Notes: generated by a model not told the origin, from the letters alone. Positions 1 through 12,510 are shown, counted from the stretch's first letter. The stretch: DNA of 64,000 bases from Eledone cirrhosa (GCA_964016885.1 OZ024752.1:29574001-29638000); one strand, 5' to 3'. Made by a program: numbers and translations.

Positions 1-3000
1 CTCTCCAACGTAGCAGAGTTGGCAGTAATGGTAGCTACATGTAGAAGTGAGAGCTATCACTCTCCAATGTAGCAGAGTTGGCATTAATGGTAGCTACATG
101 TAGAAGTGAGAGCTATCATTCTCCAATGTAGCAGAGATGGCAGTAATGGTAGCTACATGTAGAAGTGAGAGCTACTACTCTCTAATGTAGTAAAGTTGAC
201 AGTAATGGTAGCTACATGTAGAAGTGAGAGCTACCACTCTCCAATGTAGTAGAGTTGACAGTAATGGTAGCTACATGTGGAAGTGAGAGCTATCACTCTC
301 CAAAGTAGCAGAGTTGGCAGTAATGGTAGCTACATGTAGAAGTGAGAGCTATCAGTCTCCAATGTAGCAGAGTTGGCAGTAATGGTAGCTACATGTAGAA
401 GTGAGAGCTACTACTCTCTAATGTAGTAAAGTTGACAGTAATGGTAGCTACATGTAGAAGTGAGAGCTATCACTCTCCAATGTAGTAGAGTTGACAGTAA
501 TGGTAGCTACATGTGGAAGTGAGAGCTATCACTCTCCAAAGTAGTAGAGTTGGCAGTAATGGTAGCTACATGTAGAATTGAGAACTATCACTCTCCAATG
601 TAGCAGAGTTGGCAGTAATGGTAGCTACATGTAGAACTGAGAGCTATCACTCTCCAATGTAGCAGAGTTGGCAGTAATGGTAGCTACATGTAGAAGTGAG
701 AGCTATCACTCTCCAATGTAGTAGAGTTGGCAGTAATGGTAGCTACATGTAAAAGTGAGAGCTATCACTCTCGAATGTAGCAGAGTTGGGTGTAATGGTA
801 GCTACATGTAGAAGTGAGAGCTCTCACTCTCCAATGTGGTAAAGTTGGAAGTCATGGTAGCTACATGTAGAAGTGAGCGCTATCACTCTCCAACGTAGCA
901 GAGTTGGCAGTAATGATAGCTACATGTAGAAGTGAGAGCTATCACTCTCCAATGTAGCAGAGTTGGCAGTAATGGTAGCTACATGTAGAAGTGAGAGCTA
1001 TCACTCTCCAATGCAGCAGACTTGGCAGTAATGGTAGCTACATGTAGAATTGAGAGCTATCACTCTCCAATGTAGCAGAGTTGGCAGTAATGGTAGCTAC
1101 ATGTGGAAGTGAGAGATATCACTCTCCAATGTGGCAGAGTTGGCAGTAATGGTAGCTACATGTAGAAGTGAGAGCTATCACTCTCCAATGTAGTAGAGTT
1201 GGCAGTAATTGTAGCTACATGTAGAAGTGAGAGCTATCACTCTCCAATGTAGTAGAGTTGGTAGTAATGGTAGCTACATGTAGAAGTGAGAGCTATCACT
1301 CTCCAATGTAGCAGAGTTGACAGTAATAGTAGCTACATGTAGAAGTGAGAGCTATCACTCTCCAATTTAGCAGAGTTGGCAGTAATGGTAGCTATATGTA
1401 GAAGTGAGAACTATCACTCTCCAATGTAGCAGAGTTGGCATTAATGGTAGCTACATGTAGAAGTGAGAGCTATCACTCTCCAATGTAGCAGAGTTGGCAG
1501 TAATAGTAGCTACATGTAGAAGTGAGAGCTATCACTCTCCAATTTAGCAGAGTTGGCAGTAATGGTAGCTACATGTAGAAGTGAGAGCTTTCACTCTCCA
1601 ATGTAGTAGAGTTGGCAGTCATGGTAGCTACATGTAGAAGTGAGAGCTATCACTCTCCAATGTAGCAGAGTTGGGTGCAATGGTAGCTACATGTAGAAGT
1701 GAGAGCTATCACTCTCCAATGTAGCAGAGTTGGCAGTAATGGTAGCTACATGTAGAAGTGAGAGCTACTACTCTCTAATGTAGTAAAGTTGACAGTAATG
1801 GTAGCTACATGTAGAAGTGAGAGCTACCACTCTCCAATGTAGTAGAGTTGACAGTAATGGTAGCTACATGTGGAAGTGAGAGCTATCACTCTCCAAAGTA
1901 GGAGAGTTGGCAGTAATGGTAGCTACATGTAGAAGTGAGAGCTATCAGTCTCCAATGTAGCAGAGTTGGCAGTAATGGTAGCTACATGTAGAAGTGAGAG
2001 CTACTACTCTCTAATGTAGTAAAGTTGACAGTAATGGTAGCTACATGTAGAAGTGAGAGCTATCACTCTCCAATGTAGTAGAGTTGACAGTAATGGTAGC
2101 TACATGTGGAAGTGAGAGCTATCACTCTCCAACGTAGCAGAGTTGGCAGTAATGGTAGCTACATGTAGAAGTGAGAGCTATCACTCTCCAATGTAGTAGA
2201 GTTGGCAGTAATGGTAGCTACATGTAGAATTGAGAACTATCACTCTCCAATGTAGCAGAGTTGGCAGTAATGGTAGCTACATGTAGAACTGAGAGCTATC
2301 ACTCTCCAATGTAGCAGAGTTGGCAGTAATGGTAGCTACATGTAGAAGTGAGAGCTATCACTCTCCAATGTAGCAGAGTTGGCAGTAATGGTAGCTACAT
2401 GTAAAAGTGAGAGCTATCACTCTCCAATGTAGCAGAGTTGGGTGTAATGGTAGCTACATGTAGAAGTGAGAGCTCTCACTCTCCAATGTGGTAAAGTTGG
2501 CAGTAATGGTAGCTACATGTAGAAGTGAGCGCTATCATTCTCCAACGTAGCAGAGTTGGCAGTAATGATAGCTACATGTAGAAGTGAGAGCTATCACTCT
2601 CCAATGTAGCAGAGTTAGCAGTAATGGTAGCTACATGTAGAAGTGAGAGCTATCACTCTCCAATGCAGCAGACTTGGCAGTAATGGTAGCTACATGTAGA
2701 ATTGAGAGCTATCACTCTCCAATGTAGCAGAGTTGGCAGTAATGGTAGCTACATGTGGAAGTGAGAGATATCACTCTCCAATGTGGCAGAGTTGGCAGTA
2801 ATGGTAGCTACATGTAGAAGTGAGAGCTATCACTCTCCAATGTAGTAGAGTTGGCAGTAATTGTAGCTACATGTAGAAGTGAGAGCTATCACTCTCCAAT
2901 TTAGTAGAGTTGGCAGTAATGGTAGCTACATGTAGAAGTGAGAGCTATCACTCTCCAATGTAGCAGAGTTGGCAGTAATAGTAGCTACATGTAGAAGTGA

Positions 3001-6000
3001 GAGCTATCACTCTCCAATTTAGCAGAGTTGGCAGTAATGGTAGCTACATGTAGAAGTGAGAGCTATCACTCTCCAATGTAGTAGAGTTGGCAGTCATGGT
3101 AGCTACATGTAGAAGTGAGAGTTATCACTCTCCAATGTAGCAGAGTTGGGTGCAATGGTAGCTACATGTAGAAGTGAGAGCTATTACTCTCCAACGTAGC
3201 AGAGTTGGCAGTAATGGTAGCTACATGTAGAAGTGAGAGCTATCACTCTCCAATGTAGCAGAGTTGGCAGTAATGGTAGCTACATGTAGAAGTGAGAGCT
3301 ATCACTCTCCAATGCAGCAGACTTGGCAGTAATGGTAGCTACATATAGAATTGAGAGCTATCACTCTCCAATGTAGTAGAGTTGGCAGTAATGGTAGCTA
3401 CATGTAAAAGTGAGAGCTATCACTCTCCAATGTAGCAGAGTTGGGTGTAATGGTAGCTACATGTAGAAGTGAGTGCTCTCACTCTCCAATGTGGTAAAGT
3501 TGGCAGTAATGGTAGCTACATGTAGAAGTGAGAGCTATCACTCTCCAATGTAGCAGAGTTGGCAGTAATGGTAGCTACATGTAGAATTGAGAGCAATTAC
3601 TCTCCAATGTAGCAGACTTGGCAGTAATGGTAGCTACATGTAGAAGTGAGAGCTATCACTCTCCAACGTAGCAGAGTTGACAGTAATGGTAACTACATGT
3701 AGAAGTGTGAGCTATCACTCTCCAATGTAGTAGACTTGGCCGTAATGGTAGCTGCATGTAGAAGTGAGAGCTATCACTCTCCAATGTAGTAGAGTTGGCA
3801 GTAATGGTAGCTGCATGTAGAAGTGAGAGCTATCAATCTCCAATGTAGTAGAGTTGGCAGTAATGGTAGCTACATGTAGAAGTGAGAGCTATCACTCTCC
3901 AATGTAGTCGAGTTGGCAGTAATGGTAGCTACATGTGGAAGTGAGAGCTATCAATCTCCAATGTAGTAGAGGTGGCAGTAATGGTAGCTACATGTAAAAG
4001 TGAGAGCTATCACTCTCCAATGTAGCAGAGTTGGGTGTAATGGTAGCTACATGTAGAAGTGAGAGCTCTCACTCTCCAATGTGGTAAAGTTGGCAGTAAT
4101 CGTAGCTACATGTGGAAGTGAGCGCTATCACTCTCCAACGTAGCAGAGTTGGCAGTAATGATAGCTACATGTAGAAGTGAGAGCTATCACTCTCCAATGT
4201 AGCAGAGCTGGCAGTAATGGTAGCTACATGTAGAAGTTAGAGCTATCACTCTCCAATGCAGCAGACTTGGCAGTAATGGTAGCTACATGTAGAATTGAGA
4301 GCTATCACTCTCCAATGTAGCAGAGTTGGCAGTAATGGTAGCTACATGTGGAAGTGAGAGATATCACTCTCCAATGTGGCAGAGTTGGCAGTAATGGTAG
4401 CTACATGTAGAAGTGAGAGCTATCACTCTCCAATGTAGTAGAGTTGGCAGTAATTGTAGCTACATGTAGAAGTGAGAGCTATCACTCTCCAATGTAGTAG
4501 AGTTGGCAGTAATGGTAGCTACATGTAGAAGTGAGAGCTATCACTCTCCAATGTAGCAGAGTTGGCAGTAATAGTAGATACATGTAGAAGTGAGAGCTAT
4601 CACTCTCCAATGTAGCAGAGTTGGCAGTAATGGTAGCTACATGTAGAAGTGAGAGCTATCACTCTCCAATGTAGTAGAGTTGGCAGTCATGGTAGCTACA
4701 TGTAGAAGTGAGAGCTATCACTCTCCAATGTAGCAGAGTTGGGTGCAATGGTAGCTACATGTAGAAGTGAGAGCTATCACTCTCCAACGTAGCAGAGTTG
4801 GCAGTAATGGTAGCTACATGTAGAAGTGAGAGCTATCACTCTCCAATGTAGCAGAGTTGGCAGTAATGGTAGCTACATGTAGAAGTGAGAGCTATCACTC
4901 TCCAATGCAGCAGACTTGGCAGTAATGGTAGCTACATATAGAATTGAGAGCTATCACTCTCCAATGTAGCAGAGTTGGCAGTAATGGTAGCTACATGTGG
5001 AAGTGAGAGATATCACTCTCCAATGTAGTAGGGTTGGCAGTAATGGTAGCTACATGTAGAAGTGAGAGCTATCACTCTCCAATGTAGCAGACTTGGCAGT
5101 AATGGTAGCTACATGTAGAAGTGAGAGCTATCACTCTCCAACGTAGCAGAGTTGGCAGTAATGGTAGCTACATGTAGAATTGAGAGCAATCACTCTCCAA
5201 TGTAGCAGACTTGGCAGTAATGGTAGCTACATGTAGAAGTGAGAGCTATCACTCTCCAACGTAGCAGAGTTGACAGTAATGGTAACTACATGTAGAAGTG
5301 TGAGCTATCACTCTCCAATGTAGTAGATTTGGCCGTAATGGTAGCTGCATATAGAAGTGAGAGCTATCACTCTCCAATGTAGTAGAGTTGGCAGTAATGG
5401 TAGCTGCATGTAGAAGTGAGAGCTATCACTCTCCAATGTAGCAGAATTGGCAGTAATGGTAGCTACATGTAGAAGTGAGAGCTATTACTCTCCAACGTAG
5501 CAGAGTTGGCAGTAATGGTAGCTACATGTAGAAGTGAGAGCTATCAATCTCCAATGTAGTAGAGTTGGCAGTAATGGTAGCTACATGTAGAAGTGAGAGC
5601 TATCACTCTCCAATGTAGTCGAGTTGGCAGTAATGGTAGCTACATGTGGAAGTGAGAGCTATCAATCTCCAATGTAGTAGAGTTGGCAGTAATGGTAGCT
5701 ACATGTAGAAGTGAGAACTATCGCTCTCCAATGTAGCAGAGTTGGCAGTAATGGTAGCTACATGTAGAAGTGAGTGATATCACTCTCCAATGTAGCAGAG
5801 TTGACAGTAATGATAGCTACATGTAGAAGTGAGAGCTATCACTCTCCAATGTAGTAGAGTAGGCAGTAATGGTAGCTACATGTAGAAGTGAGAGCTATCA
5901 TTCTCCAACGTAGCAGAGTTGACAGTAATGATACCTACATGTAGAAGTGAGAGCTATCACTCTCCAATGTAGCAGAGTTGACATTAATGAAAGCTACATG

Positions 6001-6617
6001 TAGAAGTGAGAGCTATCACTCCCCAATGTAGCAGAGTTGGCAGTAATGGTAGCTACATGTAGAAGTGAGAGCTATCACTCTCCAATGTAGCAGAGTTGGC
6101 AGTAATGTTAGCTACATGTAGAAGTGAGAGCTATCACTCTCCAATGTAGCAGAGTTGGCAGTAATGGTAGCTACATGTAGAAGTGAGTGATATCACTCTA
6201 CAATGTAGAAGAATTGACAGTAATGATAGCTACATGTAGAAGTGAGAGCTATCACTCTCCAATATAGTAGAGTAGGCAGTAATGGTAGCTACATGTAGAA
6301 ATGAGAGCTATCGCTCTCCAATGTAGCAGAGTTGACAGTAATGATAGCTACATGTAGAAGTGAGAGCTGTCACTCTCCAATGTAGTAGAGTTGGCAGTAA
6401 TGTTAGCTACATGTAGAAATGAGAGCTATCACTCTCCAATGTAGTAGAGTTGGCAGTAATGTTAGCTACATGTAGAAATGAGAGCTATCACTCTCCAATG
6501 TAGTAGAGTTGGCAGTAATGTTAGCTACATGTAGAAATGAGAGCTATCACTCTCCAATGTAGTAGAGTTGGCAGTAATGTTACCTACATGTAAAAATGAG
6601 AGCTATCACTCTCCAAT
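1..6617. repeat. 59-bp tandem satellite, about 112 units in the window, continuing past the left edge
   Basis: Consensus ctctccaatgtagcagagttggcagtaatggtagctacatgtagaagtgagagctatca. The motif shifts 1 nt per 60-nt line, and stop codons occur in all frames. Confidence 0.98.
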
Positions 6618-6683
6618 CAACTTGTGGCCGTTACTCTTTCAAACCTATTTCTAATTTTACTGATAACTTTCTTTACTCTAAAA

Positions 6684-7022
6684 CAGAGTTTCTCAAAGTG
6701 GGCGCTACCTGGGGGGGGGGGGGGGACATTGAGAAGGTCCAGGGGCAATAGAGATGATATAATAATATATTAAATATCAAATGATACATAATATACATAA
6801 ATATAGTAAAATAAAAAATATATATATTTATTTATACATAGTATATATTATATTATTTACTACATATAAATTAATGATTTTATTTATCATATATTATTTA
6901 CAATTTGCATGTAGGCAGGTCTCTCTGGAAATAGGGGTGGGGTGCTGAGGGTATTACATGGCAGTAAGGTGGTGGAGGTGGTGGAAGCTTGGGGTGTGGC
7001 CCCAAAAGTTTGAGAACCTCTG
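6684..7022. mobile_element. hAT (Charlie/MER5-like) MITE
   Basis: TIRs cagagtttctcaaa / tttgagaacctctg (13/14 match) and a perfect 8-bp TSD ctctaaaa at 6676-6683 and 7023-7030. Confidence 0.9.
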
Positions 7023-7787
7023 CTCTAAAAGGTGAGTTTTGGTTTTACAAGCCTTAGTGAAGGAAATTCATTGAAGAAATGTGTTTAACTCAATAGAATA
7101 TAGAAAATATGTACTGTTAATATCATGATAGCTACATCTTCCACTAAATTTGTAAAAATTCAAAAGCAATATCAATCATCATTTTCTCTCTCCTTGAATT
7201 ATGTTCTCTGTCTTGTTATTTTCCTTTCTCAACAACCCCTTATATTTTAGTGCTAGGGGTGAGAAAATAAAAAAAAATATCTGATCTTCCTTTGGAATAG
7301 CCTCCAGCTGCAAAAACTTCCAGATGCTTTTACTCTTTTACTAGTTCCAATCACTGGTCTACAACTATGCTGAAGAGTAAGTCTTTAAGAGTTTTACTCC
7401 ATTATACTGACTCCAGTACTTTGTCTGATACATATTTTATTGACCTCAAAAGAAGGAAAAGCAGAGTTGACTTGGGTAGGACTTAAATTATAAAGAGATA
7501 TGTCCAAATTCCACAATGTATTTTATTGATTATCCAAATTAAGAAATAAGGTTGTCAACATACCTGATTGGGTTCTTCTGATTTACTATTTCTAGGTGTC
7601 AAACTGAAATCATGTTCTGTCAACTCTTTATCATCTTTTGAAGTTTTAAGCAAAGCTGAAAAGAAAATGAACCAAAAAGAATTATATGTTTTCTGTTTAG
7701 AATAAGCTAGTTTGGAATATAAAGAAGCTGAAAATAGTTGACAATATATGTGTAAATTAAGATATCTTAAAAGTCTGGAATAATAAT

Positions 7788-7972
7788 TGTTTCTACTTTT
7801 GGCACAAGGCCAGCAATTACCCAGTGCATTACTGGTACTTTATTTTATCGACCCCGTAAGGATGAAAGGCAAAGTTAACCTCAGCGGGATTTGAACTCAG
7901 AATGGAAAGGGGTGTAACTCCATGTGTCAAAGCATGGCGTCCGACCCTCTACTGATACTGCTAATCCACCGC
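7788..7972 (-). mobile_element. Full-length tRNA-derived SINE (family A: Meta-like central domain, (TTA)n tail)
   Basis: B-box gagttcaaatccc and central gcctttcatccttacggggtcgataaaataaagtaccag on the minus strand. 14-bp TSD tctggaataataat at 7774-7787 and 7973-7986. Confidence 0.92.
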
Positions 7973-8273
7973 TCTGGAATAATAATGGCTATTTAAGAGG
8001 ATGTCCCAGGATGAACTAGCAGCAGACAATTGACAGGGACCTGAAATCTATCAACAAAACTTGAATTGATGTGTATTGATAGATGCAACAGACCATAGTC
8101 ATTGCAGCACTTTGGCTGTGAGATTCTCAGTCTAAGTAAAGTTGGAACACTGTATTGATAGATGTAACTGACTGTGGTCAATGGGGCACTTTGGCTGTCT
8201 CATGTATCTCAAGACATGGGACATATTGACAGATGCAGCTGACCATGTTCATTCATATATTACTATTACACAT

Positions 8274-10234
8274 CTAATGGAGCATGCATGCTTCGTTCCT
8301 TTCCAGTCTGCGCAGGTCCTCTGCACGTAATGCCCATGTCTCACTGCCATGTAGCATTGCTATTTGTATACAGGCATCATACAATCTGCCTTTCATTTTT
8401 AGAGAGAAACCTTTTGTGGCCAACAGCGGTATAAGCTCTCTGAACTTTTTCCATCCCGTTCTGACTCTGGCTACTGTACTTTCAGAACACCCTCCACCAC
8501 TGCTGATTTCATCACCCAGGTAACGGAAAGTGTCCACTATTTCTATAGAACCATCTGGGCAATAGAAGGAGCTAGTATCCTGTGGACACTTGCTACTTAT
8601 TGCACCTGAGCCTTGGCCACATATAAAGTCTACGTTCTTAGATAGTTTACCTGTGATCCCACTACATCTTTTGTGTACCCATACTTTGCATTTGGGACAT
8701 AAAATGGAATTTCTGCCTACTCCTTTCCTACACACTGAGCATGGCCATTTCCCTGAGGGCACCTGTGCCCTATTTTCCTTTCTACAAACTAGAACTTTAG
8801 TCCTAGACAAGTTAACTTTAAGGCCTTTTGATTCTAGGCCATGCTTCCATGTTTGGAATTTCTTCTCTAGTTCAGCCATTGATTCAGCTATGAGCGTTAG
8901 ATCATCTGCGTATAGGAGTTCTCATGGGCAGCCAGTCTTGAATTCCTCTGTTATAGCCTGAAGGACAATAATAAATAGGAGGGGCTAAGGACAGAGCCTT
9001 CATGAGCGCCAACTTTGACACTAAATTCTTCACAATATTCATTGTTAATTCTAACCTTACTGACTGTTTCATTATACATAGCTTGTATAGCTCTCACAAG
9101 CCATTCATCTACACCTAGTTTTCTAAGAGCCCACCAGATAATGGAGCAGGGGACTCTGCCAAAGGTTTCTCCAGGTCTACAAAAGCTAAGTAGAGGGGTT
9201 TACTTTTAGCTAGGTACTTCTCTTGTAGTTGTCGTACAAGGAAAAGAGCGTCTGTGGTACTTTTACCTGACACAAACCCAAACTGCATTTCATCTAGATC
9301 AATTCACTCTCTGATTAGTTGCGCTATAACTCTTTCGGTGACCTTCATGACTTGGTCAACTAACTTATTGCCTCTATAGTTTCCCCTATCTACCTTTACC
9401 CTTGTAGCAGTTAATGATGATGCTGCTACGCCAGTCTTTCAGTAAGACCCCATTCTGTATTACTTGGTTAACTATACGGGTGAACATAGTGTGTCCCACC
9501 ATACCAGATGCCTTCAACATCTCAGCAACTATCTCCGAAGGCCCAGCTGCCTTGCCTATCTTCATATCTTTGATTGCCTTATTTATTATACTTCCTTTAA
9601 CTTGCACTGCTGGTCCTTCTATTGGATCGATTTGGGGCAGACTATCTTTTTCCCATTTATTCTCCTCATTTAGTAGCCTTTCGTAGTGACACTTCCAAGC
9701 TACCTTCTTATCAGTATCAGTGAGGGCAAGTACACCATCGTCATTACAGACACACTTCTCCCCGACAATATCACGGTTTTCCTTGACACATTGTCTAGCA
9801 ATCCTGAACACCTCACATTTTTGGTCCTCACGTTGTAGAACATGCTTGAACTTTCTATCCTCTGCTTCCCTTTTTGCAAGGTACACTTGTCTCCTAGCTT
9901 CTCTCCTGGCCACTTGATAGTGCTCTCTACTTCCCCCATCCTGCCATACTTTCCAAGTCTGCTTTTTTTTGGCCTTGACTGTCTCTTCCACCTTACTGTT
10001 CCACCACCAAGTTACTCTCCTCCTGCCAATAGGTCTGCTCCAGCCACAGATTTCATCCGTTGCTTTCAGCAGATTCACTTTCAAGAATTTCCACTGTTCC
10101 TCTATATCGCACGTCCCTAATTGCTCTTCCTTATTGTCAAAGGCATCAAGTAATAAGCTTTTAAATTTGTCACTGGCTACGGGGTCCTTCAACTTCCATA
10201 TTCTTCTCCTGAACTGAAATCCACCAAACATCAC
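8274..10234 (-). mobile_element. Decayed RTE-clade LINE (reverse transcriptase region with an inserted Cys-rich PHD-like finger), frameshifts and stops
   Basis: ORF pieces 9386-10234 (WWWNSKVEETVKAKK, KIGKAAGP, DWRSSIIINCYKGKG) and 8274-8879 (GLKVNLSRTKVL, FRYLGDEI, MLHGSETW). The catalytic LLYADDL at about 8895-8920 is preceded by an in-frame TGA. Confidence 0.92.
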
Positions 10235-10464
10235 CTGTTATTGTTTTCAGTCTTGTATTATATTACTAACACACCATTTTTCCTTGCATTGGGAATTTGT
10301 TGAGGGAATTCTATTGGAGTAGTTACTTCATTTAATGACATGCTAGCAGGGGAAGCAGATGCTAAACTGAGGATGATGTTTTAACATAAATCCCTCTTGT
10401 TGACTCATTAAAAGACACTGCTTTTTTACTGATATGAAATACATAGGCAGTTTGATTTTGGAAA

Positions 10465-11030
10465 TACAGTGCTGTGCTATTTTTTGATATAAATACAATA
10501 TTGGGCTATTTTTTGATATAAATACAATATTTTGCTATTTTTGATATAAATACAATATTTTGCTATTTTTGATATAAATACAATATTGCGCTATTTTTTT
10601 ATAGGATAAAGGATAAAGATCCCATAACTCCTTGTGGAGTCATAGAGGCACCGTCAAACGGCATGTCTAGGGCACTTTTAAACCAGGTCTGAACACAGCC
10701 AATTTTTTTCTATGGAAGAAGAATTGACCCAAGTACTGGACTGGTACTTTTTTTTTATCAACCTCGAAAGAATGAAAGGCAAAGTTGATCCCTGTGGGAT
10801 TTGAACTTAGAGTACGCAATGAAGTGGGACGAATACTGCAAAGCATTCTATTCGACATCATAACAACTCTGCCAATTTGCCACCTTTTTTTTTTTTTTAT
10901 AAAAATACAATATTGTGCTATTTTTAAAAAATATAAATACAATATTGTGCTAAACCTGATATGAATAAAATATTGTGTTATCTTTGATATAAATACAATA
11001 TTGTGCTTTTTTTTATAGAAATACAATGTG
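10465..11030. repeat. ~28-bp AT-rich minisatellite (ctatttttgatataaatacaatattgtg) interrupted by a SINE
   Basis: Repeat units at about 10465-10600 and 10895-11030, on both sides of the SINE. Confidence 0.8.
10618..10885 (-). mobile_element. tRNA-derived SINE (family B: Meta-like domain, tail ...ctatgactcc...gagttatggga)
   Basis: gaaaggcaaagttgatccctgtgggatttgaac, the reverse complement of the B-box plus central domain. Related copies at 27498, 39115, 39962 and 57820. Confidence 0.8.
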
Positions 11031-11042
11031 CTAAATTTAATA

Positions 11043-11261
11043 TACTATATGTACTTGAATATAAGCCAATCCAAATAAAAGCAGACCGACCCCACTATTT
11101 TATGTCTGAGAAATTGACAAAAATCCAAACCTTATTTAAGTAGAATTGGAAGTTGGTGTAAATCATCAAAATATTGACCCCAAATATAAACCGACCCTTC
11201 ACCTTCTACCATCGATTTTGGGGTCACATATTCCTCAGCTTATATTTGTGTGTATATAGTA
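11043..11261. mobile_element. pogo/Tigger-like MITE
   Basis: Degenerate TIRs TA-ctatatgtacttgaatataagc / gcttatatttgtgtgtatatag-TA with TA flanks. Confidence 0.65.
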
Positions 11262-11291
11262 AATACAATAAATAATATTGAAAATATTTAC

Positions 11292-12273
11292 CGAAATTGT
11301 CAACTTTAATATTGTTGAATTGTCCTTTTTCAAGATTGGCTTCTGCTTTCTCATTACTATATATTTCTTTCAAAACTTTTCTTTCCTCAACATCATTGCA
11401 TGGTTTGACAGCATCACTGTATATGTTTTCAGAAGTATTGTTTCTTCTTTCAATATGATCATATGTTAGGTCCTCCACTGATTTTCTTTTTATAGTAGCA
11501 TATAATGGTTCCTTCACATCTTTTTTCAAGTCGCTTTCATCAAATGACATTGCTGTAGCTTTATTGTTTAAAACATTGGTATACATTAGTGTCATATCAA
11601 CAGGTAGTTTATTAGATTCAGTGTTTAAAATATCATCAGATGTTGGTTCTATATGAGCATACAGTGATTTAGATTTATTAAAAGCTGGTTCAATATTAGT
11701 TTGTTGTATTAAAATATCATCAGATGTTGGTCCTATACAAGCATATGGTGATTCATGTTCAGTAAAAGCTGGTTCAATCTTAGTTTGTTGTATTAAAATA
11801 TCATCAGATATTGGTCCTACATAATAATACGGTGATTTAGTTTTATTAAAAGCTGGTTCAATATTAGTTTGTTGTATTAAAATATCATCAGATGTTGGTC
11901 CTATACAAGCATATGGTGATTCATGTTCAGTAAAAGCTGGTTCAATCTTAGTTTGTTGTATTAAAATATCATCAGATGTTGGTCCTATATAATAATACGG
12001 TGATTTAGGTTTAGTAAAAGCTGGTTCAATATTAGTTTGTTGTATTAAAATATCATTAGATATTTTAGTGTCAGTCTTTATTGTTCCAATGCTGTTAAAG
12101 GCCAGATCAACATCTATCTCTGTCATTATATCTTCAAATATTCTGTTCTCACTATCTGATATTGCTGAGTTGTTTGGTACTTCTATGGTAGCATATTCTG
12201 CTTCAATGTTAGAAGAGGGGTTTTCAATATTTGATTTTCTTGTTGCTTCATCAGCATTCATATACACAGGACT
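11292..12273 (-). CDS. Large internal coding exon: tyrosine-motif-rich, probably disordered signalling region (receptor cytoplasmic tail or docking protein) with five 28-aa repeats
   Basis: Stop-free for about 327 codons in AT-rich DNA. Strong acceptor (long T tract + AG at 12275-12274), phase 0 start SPVYMN, donor G|GTAAAT at 11291. Motifs include VYMN, EYATI, SPYYYI, SPYACI, SLYAHI, PLYATI, LTYDHI and IYSN. The ORF tail beyond the donor runs into a MITE. Confidence 0.8.
11627..12060 (-). repeat. 84-bp coding tandem repeat (5 units, alternating A/B types)
   Basis: aaaatatcat recurs at 11627, 11711, 11795, 11879, 11963 and 12047. Translation SDDILIQQT(N/K)IEPAF...SPY..IGPT. Confidence 0.95.
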
Positions 12274-12322
12274 CTAAAAAAAAAAAAAAAAAGAAGAAAA
12301 CCTTAGAATATTATATATTAAT

Positions 12323-12510
12323 GGTAGTGGATTGGCAGTATCGGTAGAGCATCAGACACCATGCTTTGCTGCATAGAGTTATGTTCTGAGTTTAAATCCT
12401 GCTGAGGTTAACTTTGCTTTTCATCCTTATGGGGTTGATAGAATAAAGTACCAGTAATGCACTGGGGTAAGTAACTGGTGGCCTTGTACCAAAAGTAGAA
12501 ACAATTATAT
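12323..12510 (+). mobile_element. SINE family A
   Basis: Head ggtagtggattggcagtatcggtagag, central domain and tail ccaaaagtagaaacaatta. Confidence 0.88.

Noticed and set aside
1-6617. CRISPR array or tandem hammerhead (retrozyme-like) satellite
   Set aside because: There are no unique spacers, and no CUGANGA/GAAA core on either strand of the unit.
11224-11291. C-terminal extension KYFQYYLLYLLYTHKYKLRNM of the 347-aa ORF
   Set aside because: It lies after a GT donor and overlaps a MITE TIR, so it is probably intronic read-through.
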